Of a stretch of 64,000 bases of DNA, positions 16,945 to 33,180 are shown piece by piece; within the stretch, counting starts at the first letter, position 1, and each line of letters begins with the position of its first letter. Source of the stretch: the human T2T-CHM13v2.0 reference genome, Homo sapiens. A model generated the notes under the pieces. It was not told where the DNA came from. It was given only the letters and a program-made list of their open reading frames with translations, and ran no database searches. The DNA is taken from NCBI RefSeq assembly GCF_009914755.1, contig NC_060928.1, one strand, 5' to 3'. Position numbers and translations under genes: made by a program.

Positions 16945-18619
16945 TTTGACAGTTTAAATGTGTCAAAGTACAGAGAGACATTACGTTTATTGATCTGTAG
17001 TAGAACAAAATGTCATCAGATCAATTTCTTTATCCCCACTCAAATAGTAAGCCTGATATTAAGAGATCTCCAAATTGTATTATAAACAATTTTATATCAT
17101 GGACAATATAACAAAAACAGATAATTTTAATACTTCATTCCTAATCTATAGAAAGTGCTTTGGGTACTTCTAATATGTCAGACAATGATGTGAAATTTAG
17201 AAATAGATACAAATGCAAAAACAATCACCTCCTCAAGGCTGACTTTGTCCAGGGTCAGGGCATACATCTGGACTGACAGTTAACCCACCTGTTTTGCAAA
17301 TCCTTGTTTAGTTATTTCTTTCTCTGAAAAATCTATGACAAATATTGTTGGATGAAGGAACTATCTTGTTGTACATAAGGCAAACATATAACCTTGTCTT
17401 TCTACACTATGAACTTATAGGATTTCCAGTGTCAGCGATTATAAAGAGTAGAAACTGTTAAATGATACGTGTTCTGTCGTTTTCTACTGTGCATGCTTTT
17501 TAAAACTTAAGAAATAATTGCTTTTATTTGTAGCACTTCACAGTTCACCTAGGATTTTATATTCATTATTATAAGTAATCCTGCAAGGATTCTATGACAT
17601 AGATACATTAGATGTGATTATTGTACTTTTAAAAGGTCACACAACTGGTAAACACAAGAACCAGTGATATATGCCAAGAGTTTTTGAGCGTTAGACTACT
17701 GTAATTCCCTTTATAGCAACTTGCCATAAAAGAGCTGCTATCATTAAAACAATGTGATATATTAAAGGATATTATTAAATAGTGGTTTTGCATAGACAAT
17801 ATATTAAATGTGAGTTCAGAGGCAGTTCTGCATTCAAGAGACAAAGTATTCTTTTTTTAGTATTTAAATTCCCCCTTCCTAAAGAAAACAGTTGTAAAAG
17901 ATGTCTAATGACTCCAATAAAAAGTAATTTACTTCCTAATTTTAAATGGAGAAATACTAATCTCTAAGAGGTATTTTCTTGAGGCAGCATTTTTGTAGTT
18001 ACATATGCTTGAGAATTTCCTACAATTAAACAGTGAAAAAAATATTGACCTTAAATACAGCAGGCAAGTTCCAATTTATATTCCTATATGAAGCCTACTC
18101 TCTCTCCTAGAATGGAACATAAAAATGTCCTTTTCTCTCAGATGCAGGCAATTGATCTATCACTAAAGCAGTAACTAGAATATTTTTAAAAACTAAATAA
18201 AAATTTGGTTAACTGAATTTTTAAACAAAACCATTTGTTTATTTTAATCCAGTTTCAACCACATTTTAACCTTTAATTCTTATTCATAGACTAAAATGGC
18301 TTCATTGACATTTATTTTTATTTTTATGCTGAGTTTTTAAATAAAATTGAGAAGTAAATGTAGAATAATCAACTAGGAGAAAGAAAAGATAAAAGCACCT
18401 TTTTATTAATACATATAAATATGGCAATTGAAACCTTAATTTCTGTAACTTGTTCCAACCAAATATACTTAAATTTACACTTTATTTAACCTTCCTAAGC
18501 ACTACCTCAATTCACTAATGAAATACATTCTTGATCTAGCCATCTGTGAGGGTTTCAAGAGCTGGTTGACTCAAAATATTTCTTAAGTACCAGTGTCACC
18601 TGCCTTCTCCCATGGTCAC

Positions 18620-19117
18620 TGTGGAGGCTAAAGCAACACTATCTTTTATGCTAATCTGCCATGTTGACTACTGTTTGACCCCAGTTCCAGAAATATCTCT
18701 AAGATTTCTACTTTACTAATAACAGCACCTACTTACTGGTAAATTCTACCCTTAGGTCAAAACCACCTTAATCTTATGATAAACACATACTTGCCATAAA
18801 TCCTGCTCTTGAGCAAATTGTAGTCTATGACACACATAGTCTGTGACACATATCCCTGAAGGGGATAAAATGACTTCAATTGTCTTACATATCTCTTCTG
18901 AAGCATGCATACCCTTTGCCTATTTTATATAAGCCCTTGGTCTGGCATAACCATGCGGGAAGTACCATCTTGTGGCTGCCCCAGGCATGGCTCCATTCCA
19001 TAACTCCCTATTAAATGTTTCTTTCTGAGAAACTGGATTTGTCAGCCTCTTTCTTCAGCCTCTTAGCTCCTTTGGCCTTTGGGGTTATGTTGGCATAGAC
19101 CTGCTCACCATGGAATA
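18620..19117 (+). mobile_element. ERV1-class solo LTR (subfamily not assigned)
   Basis: Starts 'tgtggaggctaaagcaac..atct...gccatgttgact'. TATA-like 'tatataag', poly(A)-like 'attaaa', LTR-type 3' end 'catagacctgctcaccatggaata'. Confidence 0.7.
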
Positions 19118-19716
19118 GCCATCAACCATGGCAACAACACCAGGCAGCAACTGAAGACCTATTAAAAGAAATGACCCAAAAAATAGGGTACAAAAAATTC
19201 AATAAGACAGTGTTAATATATGAACATGTGTGTATGTATCATTCATATGCATATTTATTCAGGAATCTGTTGACATTTGATTGTGTAAACATTTATAAAC
19301 CACAAACATTATTTATCACCAGCCTTTGGCAACGAATACTATTTGGGGATGTTAGATAAATTAACAAGAGTAATATATGTAAGGAATATAGTGAGATTCA
19401 AAAGAAATACTGAAAATTAATTCTCCAAAAATGGGCATTTCCCCTTTATAATGCATTCCTGATTCCATGACATTGGCAATGTTGCTTATGTGACCTGGAA
19501 TTCCCACCCTTCTCACCCCTGCCTTTTTAAGTTTTACTCATCCATCAAGTTTCAACATATGTATTTCTCTTCCATGGATCTTCTAGGAAAACAAAAACCC
19601 AAAGTCACCCTTTATTTTGCTTATAGATATTGCTATATGACTATCATTTAACTTCCTAAATTTTTGGGTACATTTTGGTTTTTACCTATACATCAGTTAT
19701 GGTTTCTGACTTTAAG

Positions 19717-20451
19717 TGTAATTGCCTCGGTTCTTCTTTCCCACTGCACAGACAAAATCAATTCGCAGAGACCATGGCATTGAAGTAAAGAAAGAGTTTA
19801 ACTTTATGGGAGGCCAGTAACACAGGAGATGGAGTTACCACTCAAATCAGTCTCCCCAAAGGCTTGGAGGTTAGGGTTTTTAAAGAACAGTTTGTTGGGC
19901 AGGGAACTAGGAAATGGGTGCTGCTGTGATTGGTTGGGGAAGCAATTATAAGGGTGTGGAAAACGGTTCTCATCCACTGAGTCCACTTCTGGGTGGGGGC
20001 CACAGTACCAGTTGAGTCATGAATCACAAATCCAGGTGGGATCAGTCTAAAAACTATCTCAAAAGACAAATTTTAAGTTTTACAACAGTGATGTTATCTA
20101 TAACAGCAATTGGAGAAGGGACAAATCTTGTGACCTCTGGCCACATGACTCCTGAGCAGTAAGGGATTATAGAAACTATGCCTACATTTTAGCAGAATTG
20201 AGGTCTTGCTCATAATCCTAATCCCGTGGCCTTTCATTAGTCTTACAAAGATGGAGAGGGAATCAGTTTTAGGGAGGGGCTATTATCATCCTTACTTCAA
20301 AGTTAAACTACAAATCAAATTCTACCCATGGTAGATCAGCCTGGCTGATGCCCAGAAATGAGCAAAGACAGCCAGCCTTTGAAGTTAGATGCAAGATGGG
20401 GTCAGCCATGTTAGATTTCTCTCCCTCTTAATCTTTGCAAAGGCAATTTCA
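19717..20451 (-). mobile_element. LTR8A-like solo LTR (ERV1)
   Basis: Reverse complement begins 'tgaaattgcctttgcaaagatta...gagaaatctaacatggctgaccccatcttgc' and ends 'ttaca'. TG...CA termini, TSD-like taag/ttag. Confidence 0.85.
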
Positions 20452-21023
20452 TTAGCAACTGTACCAACACTAGATAACTTCAGCTGAAAAGAATTCAGAG
20501 AATCAATGAAGCTTAAAAAGAAGCATGCTTGTGGTATGAACAGAATCCAAGGGAGACTAGCAAAGTAGACCAGGCTGGTTCTAGAAGTCTGACTAGGATG
20601 CTCTGTCTCCACTGCCACAGTGCCTCAAGTTCTCAATGCCATAAATAATGTTTTAACCTCCCTGTGTATTTGCTTTCAATCCTCAAGATGTAAGTCTCAG
20701 CAAGTTGTGTCCCTTCTCCCCAGCAATTGGAAGAAGGAAAAACTATCTAACTTTCACAGCTTCAATTTGGTGGGCAGTGAAGCCTTGACTCTCAACTCCT
20801 TAGTCCATGAGGGGTCCTCCTAACCAGTGCAAATATTTAAATTTGAGGAACCTAAAATGCCTAAAAGTGTCTACCATATTTTTCAATTTATAACATAAAA
20901 TAATTTGGATCCATTTGTATATTATCTTTGCATTAAAACTGCTTAAAACAAAGTTGGCTATATAATATGCATTTCAATATTTGTTAACAGGCTGGTGCTT
21001 AGAGGTAAAATAGAAAAGTTCTC

Positions 21024-21335
21024 TTTCTTTTTTTTTTTCTTTTTTATTTTTTGGAGACAGAGTCTCACTCTTTCCCCCAGGCTGGAGTACAGTGGTGCAA
21101 TGTTGGCTCACTGTCACCTCTGCCTCCCGGGTTCAAGCTATTCTCATGCTTCAGACTCCCAAGTAGCTGGTACTACAGGCACACACGACCACGCCCAGCT
21201 AATTTTTGTATTTTTAGTAGAGATGAGGTTTTGCCAGGTTGGCCAGGCTGATCTCAAACTCCTGACCTCAGGTGATCCACCCGCCTCGGCCTCCCAAAGT
21301 GCTGGGATTACAGGCGTGAGCTACCAGGCCCGGCC
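21024..21335 (-). mobile_element. AluS (Sx/Sz-like)
   Basis: Full antisense Alu with T-rich tail and 'ctgacctcaggtgatccacccgcctcggcc'. Confidence 0.95.
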
Positions 21336-22859
21336 CTGGAAAGGTCTTTTTCAAGACCAAACCTCTATGTTTTTAAAGCTTGTTTCAAATAACTATTCTT
21401 ATGTTCATAGAACTTCTATAATCAGACAATTTAGCATAAGCTACACAATAGGATGAACATTGAACTCATCCACAAACATTTATAATGGGTACATAACTCT
21501 ATAATATGAACTTTAGAAACTCTTAAAGAAGCATACAGTACAGTCCATGAACCAAAAACACTCATAATCCTGATATAGAGATGAAATTTTTCTTATAGGA
21601 ATCAAAAAGTTGAAGACAGCAATAAACAAATGCATATGATGTATAAAGGCTCTTGCATAGGTGTTAGGAACAAAACAAGTAACCAAAAGATTAATGTGGG
21701 CTGTGTTTACTTCAAGATCACAAGTATAATTGATTTATACAGCCCAAACTCAGAGACAGATACCATTCTCAAAATAAAAATCTGACAGATAATAATATTG
21801 TGAAGCAATCTGGTTTATACATAAATAAAAAGTCCCTACGATGCATTGTTAAAATAGATTTTATGATACCAATCATCAGTGTTTCAATATAATGTATTAT
21901 TTTTAGGAAACAATTTTAGGCAGTAGAACTAATTTCATTTCCTTAAAATATTCAGAGTTTAGCGTTTTGAAATTGAGAGATTTTTTTTCCATTAATTTAC
22001 ATGTCTGTGAGAATTTCCCATGGAAAGATTTTACTTCATAATTCATGTTCATTGCATTCTTTCTGATAAATCCACTTGCAGAAAAGAGACAGAGAGGCAA
22101 AAACAAAACTGCAGTGAATGAGTGGTTCTTTTGTTTCTTCATCATTCCTTTGGGGAAGAATGCTTTACAGACATTTAAACAAAAATTTAAAGGTGGTTTT
22201 ATTATTTTCCTAGATGCTTTCTAAAAATTATCTTATCATGTTTGAGTCTTTTTCAGAAAGGTGATGCTTTAGTGCTGTAGTCAAGGGCATAAAAGTAAGA
22301 AATAGGCACTCTTATTTCAATTAGGATCCAAATGATGTCATTGCTACTGCCAAAGAAGGCTCAGTTTGCTTAGAATAATGGAGAAGAAATCATTGGTACC
22401 TCTTTGAGCATGTTGAAAATGATATTTCATTGAAAGATATTACAATTAATAGTTTATAAAATGTCTACCTTAAATATTAAGACCAATTAAAATTTTGTGA
22501 AATATTGATTTTAGCAATTAAGTTCTTTATGTTTTCCTAGTTAGCAATTTTGTTATTGTCTTCATCAGTACTTAGTTTCAATTAAAGTCAGTAATTATAT
22601 TTTTCTTTCTTCTATACCTTCACAAATGAAACCTAGAATAAGCAAGGGTATTCAGAGAAGATTAATCAATATTCTCTAAAAATCTGAAGTGATAATAAAC
22701 ATTGTCTACATTGAATAAGGCAGATTATGCATTCTTATATTTTCAAGTTTTCATAAGTACCACTCAAAACCTTCTTCTCATGGGGGCCCAAACAAAACAG
22801 ATTTAATATTCAAATCATTATTATTCTCAAAGGATTTAACAAAGTTTTTATAAACAAGT

Positions 22860-23190
22860 CTACAGGGTGTACTGTAGAAAAACCATTAGGGATAAGGTAG
22901 AACCCCAGGGCTGTCCCCATGCCTCCATGGCTAGGCCAGAGGAGGGGAGGATGCTACAGTTTCAAAGAAGAGCTGCCTTGAGAGGAGTTGTAATCTTCCC
23001 TCAAAGGACACAGCATCCATCCCTCACTCCCTGCTTCTTATAGTATGCTGCTTGCATTCTCCACTGGCAAAAGCCTATTAGAAACCAGTAATGCTGCTCA
23101 CCTCACTTAACCTTCTAGGGTCAGAGAACAGGGCAAAAAAGAGTAGAGAGCTGACATGTAAGGGCAAATGGGATTAATCTAGCATGTTGA
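22860..23190 (-). mobile_element. Old ERVL-type LTR fragment (LTR33/LTR41-like)
   Basis: 'ctccactggcaaaagcc..agaaaccag...agggtcagagaacagggc...agggcaaatggga..tctagca' resembles a recalled ERVL LTR end. Confidence 0.4.
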
Positions 23191-26100
23191 AACTCATATT
23201 GTGTTCCCTCCTAGATTCTTAGCCTGTTACCTGGCAGCCTGTTACCTGCTTCTAGCATTTACAAAATCCCACATTACAAAAATCCCACATTACAAAGATC
23301 CATAGCAACCTCTAATAGATTTTACTGAGTAGCAGGAAAGCAGTAAGCTTAGTAGACATTAAGAGAGTAGTAATGAACCAAAGAATGATTTTTAAAGCAC
23401 TAGTCAATTGCCTATTTTTAAATCAATGCATAAAAAGAAGAGTTTATTTACCTGTATACATTTTTGAAGTTTCACAAAGGCTTAAAAAATTTTCGAAAAC
23501 CTCTTTCATAGAAAACCTTTTAAAAGGAAGGGAAACCATGGTTCTTATTCTAAATTAACAACATTTTATATGTGCTCATTTAATCACTCAAACTATGTAT
23601 TGAGTATCACGAGCTCTTCAGCATTTGGAAGTTTAGTGTAGTCAGTAGGCTATTACTGATAGCAAACTTCTAAAACAAAGTCATTTAAAATATTGATTTG
23701 ATGAAACATTGTATGTATAAATTTTTTCAAGTCATTTACCACTTACAGAAAAATATACCATTTCCTTTCTATTTTTATTGCAGCTTTCTTTTTCTTGTGC
23801 TAAATAAAAAAAAATCAGCATTACAAGGATCAGCTATGTTTATGACTTTCCTTTTTTAAAAAATATGTTGAGTTATTGGTCTGCATAACATCAGAAGGTT
23901 GGAATATCCATCAGATTGCAAATTTCCCAAGGTCAGAAATTATGTTCTCTATACCACTGGAAATTTTATGCATCTTTATTAAGGACTTACAAACAAAGCA
24001 GTTGCTGAGCTCATGTAGTTTCAAGGTCTCAAATTCAAGTTCAGTACTTAATTTAATTTCTGTGTTGGAGTAATCAAGTTGAGTTATAACTTATTTTTTC
24101 TACACACATTAAAATATCAAGCACACGTTGCCAAATGCTTCATTATGATTATACCTACCCACTTGAAATGGTATTCAGAGTTCTACTAGAATACCATTAC
24201 TGTTTAATTTGTTGAGCACACATTTTTTACATATTTTGATGGCCACAAATTTTCCCAGTAGAACAGCTTTGAAACAACATGGCTAAATTGTCTGCAGACT
24301 TCAGACCTTATTTGATACTAAGTTTAGAACAGAGATCACAATGAGCGTTCTACTCTCACAACTTGGATCTAAGACAAAAGGCTGCAGTAAAATTCTGGGA
24401 ATGTGTCTCAAAACAAGTGAGGTGTAAACCTAGATCATAGATTTTTAAGCTTACATGTCATCTGCTTTACCTCTTTCAGATTCCTAAAATGTTTTAAATG
24501 ACATAGAAATGTGAAGCCTTAAAACCCTTAAAAACTCAGACAACTTATTACAGAATTTTGAGAGAATATTTACTTGTTACTAAAAAACTAGCACTGGTTG
24601 TAGCAAATCCTAACTTTGCTTCAGTAATATACAATCTAATGACACACAGATTCACAAATTGGCAAGTTACCTCCTGCTTTAGATCTAGAATGTATACCAA
24701 CCAGAAAAACAAGGCAATTGTCTTCTTAATGAATTATTTTTGAGTCAGAGCATCTTTCTCCATCCCCTTTCTGCATTAGTTCTTAAATAGCTAGTCTTCA
24801 AAGCCAACAAACCTAGAACAAACTGGGCAGGATGAGAAAATGGGTGCTGGAGAGGATGGGTGATGGAGAAGTGCTGATAATATTACCCTGCTTTTTGGGA
24901 TAAATAGTCCCAAAAAGTCAAGTGTGATAATTTTGAGAAAAGAACCCTAACGACCCTGAGTTTGGAGAACTGAAGATTTTGACTGTTTTTTTGTCATAGT
25001 GTCTTTTCAGAGTGATTAAGAGGGAGGAAAAGATTTCAAAGGAGTGTATTTTCCAGAAATAATTGAGTATTATTAGAGCGACAGTTGAATATGTCAACCT
25101 AAACTCTCTAGCTATGGGTCCGGGAAAAAATTCAACCAATCAATCTTCTCACCAGTCTTGCCATCCAGACAACAGAGAACTGAGGCAAGTATATACCAGC
25201 CCCTTACCTCTTTACCAAAACTGAATCTTGTGGGAGCTCATCTCATTTAGTGTAATTAAAACAATAAAAGATTCCTCAAGGTGGATGAATAATACACAAA
25301 AGCGGGGAGGGGTGTCATATAACCATCTGAATATTTATAAAAAGTAAACACCTCTAAAAATATTCTACTGTTGTAACCAGAAAAGAAGTTTCAGGAAGCC
25401 ATTTGCCATTCCGAAAAGAAAACGCAAGGAAATGTGGCATGTATGAAATAAGAATGAAAATCCATGAGTTGATATTACACTGAAATGAAGATATGTTGAT
25501 ATAAAATAAATCACAAATAACTTAAAAATTATAATTTTCTGGGAAGATTCTTCAAGGTAGAATTGATAACAAATATATATTGGATAGCTACAAAGGCAGA
25601 AATGATACAAACAGCCATTCAATAGAAAATTACAATTAAGGGTGATTTTAATTGCGTACCGTATATTTGTATTAAATACATAAAATATTATACTCCTCAC
25701 TGATTGTAATAGGAAATACGCCTTGTCCCAAATTTTCTGAGCACACAACTTTACAATGCTCCATTTTCTTCTGTTTATCTCCTAAACATGACATTAATGT
25801 TTCTATAAGTAATTAGATCAAGTTTTAGATTAGTATAAAAATGCTAAATTCCTTTGTAGGTGGATTGCTCAATTCTAAATCTTATCATCATTGTGTGGGA
25901 ATGTCTTCTTCATATTAATCTCATTTTAATTTGCATTTCATTGATGTTTAGAATTATTTCTTAAATGCATATATATATGGGTTTTTTTCTTCTCAGTATA
26001 TAGCGTACTCTTTCTCCATTTTCTTGCTGATTTGTAAGATTGGTTTAGGTACTGCACTCTTATCTGCCTTGTACTTTGCACACTTTTATTTGCTTTTAAT

Positions 26101-26524
26101 TGTATTTATGATTTAAATTCTATGAACATTAGTTTTATCAAAGAATAATGAAGGCAGGTTATAAAAACAATTGAAAAATGCTTGATTATATTACTTAGAT
26201 CAAAAGAAGGGATTATAAAGTAAAATATTAGAACAAAGATATCCCAAGGAATGGTTTTAGGAAAGTAATTATGGTACAATAACTCAATTATATAACATGT
26301 ATAAACAGAAATATCGAAAACTTATTTGAAGATTATTAGAAATATCAAAATTTAAAAGACAGTTAATAATAATAATTTATAGAAAAAGGAAAGACAAAAC
26401 ACTAAATTTTAATATTGCAAATTTAATATCCCAAATTACATCACCACTGAGGAAGTTTTACAATTTTAAAATACTGAAATCAGTTGAAGCTTTGATAAGC
26501 CATCAAATAGAATAGAGTAGTGAA

Positions 26525-28340
<1,816 letters not shown>

Positions 28341-28387
28341 CACTATGGGGGATATTTACAATTTGCTTATCTGTTTAGGTATGGCCC

Positions 28388-28960
28388 ATTCACTTATTTA
28401 TTCAACATTTACTTGATAAGCAACTTTGCTTTTGTTAGGCATTGCTCAGGGAAACCAGCATGTACTCGTGAATGAAAGAGACAGAAATCCTATCTTTGTG
28501 GACTTCCATTCTAGCTGGGAAAGTAGGAGTGAAGGTAGGGATAAGAACTAATAGTAAACATTATAAATAAGGAAGTATATAGTATATTAGAAAAATGATA
28601 AATGCTGTGGCAAAAAGCTGAACATGTAAGGGAGATAAATGATTGAGGTCACTGGTGGGTGAAGACTGTAATGCATGGTTAGGAAGACTTCATTTTCAAA
28701 AGTGTCATTTGGGTAAAAAACTTGAAAGAGGTGACACAGTCTTGGAAGTATCTTGGAAAAGAGTTTTCCAGGTAGAAAGGAAAGCCAGCACTTAGTGGGA
28801 GTGTGCAAGTGTGTTTGAGTAAAAGCAAAGCTTTTATTCAAAAAGTGTCCAATGTGGTAAGGTTAGAGAGAAGAGGGCATCTCTCCAGACCATGTGAGTC
28901 ATTTAAGGACTTCAGCTTTTACTGAATGAAACTGGGAGTTGTTGAAGGGGTGAAATGCAG
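28388..28960 (-). mobile_element. L2 (L2a-like) 3' end
   Basis: 'ttcacttatttattcaacattt...taggcattg...gtgaatgaaagagacagaaatcct...cattctagctggg...aggaagacttc' is a typical antisense L2 terminus. Confidence 0.75.
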
Positions 28961-31087
28961 TAAGCTAAAAATAAGAGTAATTTGAGAAGCAAAATAAGTA
29001 AAAACAAGACAGGGTAGGGGTGTGTAGTTAAGAATAAAAAAGAGGTAAGGATGGCTCCCAAATTCACATCCACACTTGGGTGATGATCAGCAATGATTCT
29101 GACAAAACTCAGATGGAGAAAAACAAAAACGTTTTAGGTGTCATGATTATATAAAGATATAAATAGATGATATAGATACACATATGCATGTACGTAGATA
29201 TATCAATAAGGGATGTATCCCAGATGAAGCCAAGCTTTATAAAACCAAGGTACAAATTCCAAATAAAGAAAAATTAATGGAATATTAATATTAATGGAAA
29301 ATTAATGTGTCTGAAATTGTGTTCAGAATCTAGCTAATTTTACTAATGCCTCGTACATATTGTTACTATGATTGAATAGAAGGATTAAAAAACAAACAGC
29401 AAAAGTGTTGCGGAGTAACAGTTCGTCAGCACTGATGTTCTGCTCATTTGAATTCAAATTTGCTAGGCTGGTTGTGTGAAAAGAATCAATGAGGAACAGA
29501 GATGTGCCACCCAGTGAACTGATGGGAGGCAAGTGCCTTGAAAGATAAGTCAGTGACTTACTGGGGCATGATCTGGAGCAATGCATTGTGCTTTGGAAAA
29601 ACAGGAGTTGCAGTTGAGAGAACATGGAGTTGGGAGGCAATCGACCACAGAGTTAATTTATTTTAGCAAAATCTTTGTGTTTTGTGAAGAGTCCAAAAAA
29701 AAATGGCATTATGCTCAAAAATAGGCCATGTAACTGGAAACCCAAGACTGTAATCATAGAAAATAATCTCTCAGCACAGCATTTTGGAAGTGACTCTGGG
29801 TTAATGACAGTAGCAACACTATTAGCCCATCTGCATACATAAGCAGAAGTGTTTCGCAGAAAAAAGATCTCAAATTCTGATGTTACATTCATACAGTTAG
29901 TTTTCCATACTATGAACAGATTTGCCATTCAATAAGTAAATATGTATCATTTTCAATGTGGGAAGCTTTAAGGTGAATAAAAATGGTACGGATATAGTGT
30001 TTCCTGCTGGCATAAAATGCAAAATTGAGGTGATTTTCCTTCCATGTGTAATGTAATCAGTATGATTTTAAATATTTTGGCATTTACATTTATGTTGTTC
30101 AAATTTACTACTGGTGTATCCTGATTGACACTAAGCTATCAAACTTCTGCAGTTAAAGATTTTACTGCTGTGTGTGAGAAGTCTCAAAATAGGTAATGTA
30201 ATTCTCCAAATCTAGCCAAGGAAATTATTCTTTGGATAAAATGTGTATCATAAATGCATTTTAAAAGATGCTTTCTAGTTATGTAGAAAGAAGGAAATTC
30301 AGAAATTAGATATGGAGTTAGTTTATAGTTCAGTTTTTTTTTAGTTTGTGTACAAATGAAACTACAGGGCTCAGAAAAAGCATGTAAACAATAGTCCCAC
30401 ATATCATTCAGTGTGGCTCTAATAATTCAAAGGCTACATAATTGCAAAAATACAACTATAAATTTGTATTATGATCCTAACTTTAAAAAAATTCCTGAAA
30501 CTCAGAGCTTATATACCCAAGAATACCAGCAGAATTTATTGTACAAACAACCCATTTGTACTTGACAAACACTGAATTGAAAAGGGGTTCACTTTCCTGG
30601 ACAATTTTTAAGTTGTGTCAAGTCTGAGAAAAACAGCAGCACATAAAAGGATCATATCTAACAGTTGATGTGTGGATCTGTTTTATTTTATACCAGTGGA
30701 AACTAATCAGAATACTTACACTAGTGAAATAGACCAAAATAAAAAGCAGAGGAAAGCTAGATGAACATATAGATACTGAAATTTTAGGAAAATATTTCTA
30801 GTCATCTCAGACATGTTATTCTGTTTGTAAATGAAAGGAAGAGCTATTTGATAGGTGGATGATATTTAAACTTTTCTAATAAACTTTTTATTGTGTTGAA
30901 AAGTGCAAAAGTTATTTTCTCTCAAATTAATAATCTTAGAGAGTTAAAAATATGTATGTATTTTTAAAATCTAGTATTTCTGGATGTCAGAAATGCTGAT
31001 TCTTCAGGAATGTAAGTGGGAAAGTTTAGTCTTCACTCTTCTGAGGGGAGTAAATCATAATTATTAGGCTGAAAAAGGATCTAACAT

Positions 31088-32200
31088 AGTGTTATTCCAA
31101 GTGTGTTTCACAGACCAATGGTGGTATGCACAACGACACAATTGAAACCCATCTGCAAGCTGAATTCAGAAATTAAGAGTACATACTTCACATACTTTAA
31201 CAATTTGACATTATTGTGGCATCAAGGTATGTTTTAAATTTCAGTCAACATGGTTTGAAGTTTAAGTTTTGAACAGAAGTAACTTCTAATGACAGAAAAA
31301 CATTTCAGAGTAGAAACTCAGATTAAAAAGACTCTAGCAGATGGAAATCAACCCATTACTTCTTTCATCAAGAAAGTCTGATGAATGTCAGCTCTACTAA
31401 ACAGTATGTTTCATAGCACAGTAAAACTTGGGATTTACGTAAGGCCTAATACATTAAACTAAAAATTATCCTCTTTATTATATGATAACATATAAGCTGC
31501 TTATAAATAACTGTCATGGCATGCTCAAGAAAAAAGTTTGGTGGAGGATGTTTGAATCATGAAACAAATTTAGCATATCTAAATATGAGTTTCAATTTTG
31601 TTCAAATTGTTAAATATGTGAATTGTTCTGGAACACTTATTTGTCTGATGTCTTAGGAATTTTAAAAATTATTTTAATATACCTACGCAAAGAATGAATG
31701 CATCAAAATTATCATTAATGGTAGAAAGGACTGAAGAACTAAAACCAAAGTTAGATTTTTGGATGAACAGAGATTCTGTATAATTATCAGTGAAGTAGGT
31801 GATGGACATGGAATGGATGATATTGAAGCTTATAAAAGATATCACAGACGACTTGTAAATTTAAAAATATATTATTTTATCAAAAGAAGATCCAAACATG
31901 AAATTATAGATCCAAAATTATTTTCACTCAACTAAAGGTAATTTAAATTTAAATAAGGTTTTAAAGGATAAATTGTTGGAAACAACTAGTGATAGAGGAT
32001 TTAAGATGCATTTGGAAAATACAGCATCACTTGCCTTATTGGATAAAAAACAATAAATATCCTGAGATTGCTGAGATTGCCTTAAAATCTCTTTTTTCAT
32101 TCCCATTGATACACCATTGCAAGATGAATGCTCTATTATGAATGCTATTAAAACAACACATAAAAAAAGTTTAGATTATATAAGTTAACAAGTAAGAAGA
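31088..32200 (+). mobile_element. Decayed hAT-Charlie-type DNA transposon fragment
   Basis: Start 'agtgttattccaagtgtgtttcacagacc' resembles a Charlie-type terminus. 32090-32170 resembles the hAT transposase C-terminal region ('...atgctattaaaacaacacataaaaaaag'). Highly degenerate. Confidence 0.4.
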
Positions 32201-32473
32201 GACTATTTGGTCACATTTAAAACTTTACACTTTAATATATATGATGCTCACTCCAATTATTCATATAGGAATTTAATGGGGGAATTGCTATTTCCTTTAT
32301 AAATTTTTCTTTAGTTAACAATTGTGGAACAACAGAGTTACAAGTGTGTAAAAGTGATTATGTGTGTTAATCATTTCTAAGAATACTTTCAATTAAAAAT
32401 CTGTAGTTTCTATAGTCCTCTTTTTCCTATATTTTAGCTGTATTAATTATGTTTACTAAATTGTTATTGAATC

Positions 32474-32773
<300 letters not shown>

Positions 32774-32839
32774 TGAGTGTTGAATCGAATAGTAAATGCG
32801 TGTGGATAGTGTAGGAGGGTGTGCTAATGAAAGAACAAT

Positions 32840-33180
32840 AATGGTGATGTTTGTGGTAACAGAACTTTCCTGTATCTTAACTGTGGTGAAAAAAATGAAC
32901 CTACACATGTGATAAATTTACACTGAACTGAATACAACACACACATACAAACACAAGTACATGTAAGTTTGATGTAATCTGAAAAAGCTTGACAGACAGT
33001 ATCAATGTAAATTTCCTGGTTTTGATTTCATACTCTACTATACTATTACCAGATGTTACCACTGAGTGAAGGGTAACCTCTAAATTGTTTCTCTAGTTGT
33101 ATGTAAATCTACTACAACTAGATTTATGTATGTAAATAACTTTGTTTAAAAGTCATTTAAATCTCAAAATAAGTCATTTT
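32840..33180 (+). mobile_element. L1MD-like 3' end fragment
   Basis: 'ctgtatcttaactgtggtg...atgaacctacacatgtgataaa...gtatcaatgtaaatttcctggttttgat...gatgttaccactg'. Confidence 0.65.

Noticed and set aside
18620-20451. Two nearby LTRs as the ends of one provirus
   Set aside because: Different families, opposite orientations and no internal sequence between them.
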